The position numbers and the translations under genes were made by a program. DNA of 64,000 bases from Eledone cirrhosa (taxonomy: Eukaryota): the NCBI GenBank assembly GCA_964016885.1, contig OZ024746.1:82336001-82400000 (forward strand), given 5' to 3'. The notes under the pieces are model-generated. The model was not told the origin of the DNA. It did not search any database and saw only the letters and a program-made list of their open reading frames with translations. The stretch's first letter is position 1. Each line of letters begins with the position of its first letter. Below are positions 62,864 to 64,000 of the stretch, one piece after another.

Positions 62864-63038
62864 CCCTTTAGCATTTACATTACTCTATATTTACTATTGT
62901 ATTTTCATGGTAAAGGCTTTACATAACATAATTATCTCACATAATATTGAACAATACCTTAACACCAGTATGAGCGGCTGGTTACAGAAAGAGGTGAGAG
63001 AATTCTGGCCAGATAAGGCTGGTTTAAATGCTAAAGGG
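62864..63038. mobile_element. piggyBac-type MITE (175 bp)
   Basis: Perfect 14-bp TIRs CCCTTTAGCATTTA/TAAATGCTAAAGGG flanked by TTAA on both sides. An orphan right end of the same family lies at ~17540-17561. Confidence 0.88.
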
Positions 63039-63456
63039 TTAAACATAGTAGCAGCTCAGTGGTTGAACAGAAAACTACAGATTAAATAGATAAATAAATA
63101 AGTATACTAGAGTCCCGGATTCTGTGATTTGCAATTTTAAATCCAAATCCTAATAGGCCTCACTTACTCTTTCTTTTGTCCTGTGTCGATAAAATAAATA
63201 AATATCTGGTTTAAAATAGGTACACTGTAACCCTGCATGTCAGAAAAGAGTTGGAGTCAAGGACATCTGGTATTAAAAATTGCCTCCAAAAGTCCTAATT
63301 GCCTCCAAAAGTCCTGTCCAGCCCATGCTAGCATGGAAAAGTCATATATATATATATGGTCCCATAACTCCTGATAGAATCATAAGGGCGTTGTATTGAC
63401 ACACCAATTCTTGGGCATATTTTAAGCCTGGTGGGGCCCATCCCTCCCCAGACCTA

Positions 63457-63524
<68 letters not shown>

Positions 63525-64000
63525 TATATATACCAAGTGAGAGAGATTTATAATCAGTGATCTCTCTTGATATGTAGTAGTAGTTGTCTCCTGTTACTAC
63601 ATACAGAAGAACCTAGTAAAAGAATAATATAGATATATATATATAGGAGATAAGCTTTAAAAAGAGCAATAAAAACCTATATTATATATGGCAGGTTAAG
63701 TGAGTCATTTCTAAACATTTAATCAATTAGTTCCATGTCATAGATTTTGTCCAGAACTAAGAAGAGGTTACCCAATAATAATAATATGAATGGGACATTA
63801 CAAGGATATGTTACATAGAGTGTAGGGGTTTACTGGAATCAAATGATTGATGGCAAAAAAATAACAAATAAAAAATAAACTGTACAATTTGTTATGATTC
63901 ATTATATAGACTAACATATTTTTTCTCTTACTACATTGAACTGGGAGGGAAAAAATAATTTCTCTCACTAAATAAATGTTCACCTATAATCTAACAATAC

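Overview
This is AT-rich eukaryotic genomic DNA. The repeat families look cephalopod/octopus-like, which is an inference from recalled repeat motifs. Two small + strand exons (7991-8042 and 55050-55108) splice in phase to give GATIISWRCAGEEMLFLS-KNAIFDNLKAIRGGIPLVF(P), the N-terminal signature of glucose-6-phosphate 1-epimerase (aldose 1-epimerase superfamily). Most of the window is therefore one ~47 kb intron. Its centre (~20.0-51.8 kb) alternates kb-long imperfect (TA)n/(TATG)n arrays with retroelements whose ends abut TA repeats. In order these are: an open-frame RTE-type LINE, a Penelope-like terminal fragment with a hammerhead motif, a bipartite non-autonomous RTE with an HDV-like 5' motif, two inverted near-identical CR1-type copies either side of a 200-N gap, and two copies of an RTE family with a C4HC3 PHD-like finger inside the RT. 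The flanks hold further RTE fragments, a second Penelope-like end with a clean hammerhead, tRNA-derived SINEs, and hAT/piggyBac/pogo-type MITEs. The long Y/I/M/C-rich ORFs are microsatellite artefacts.
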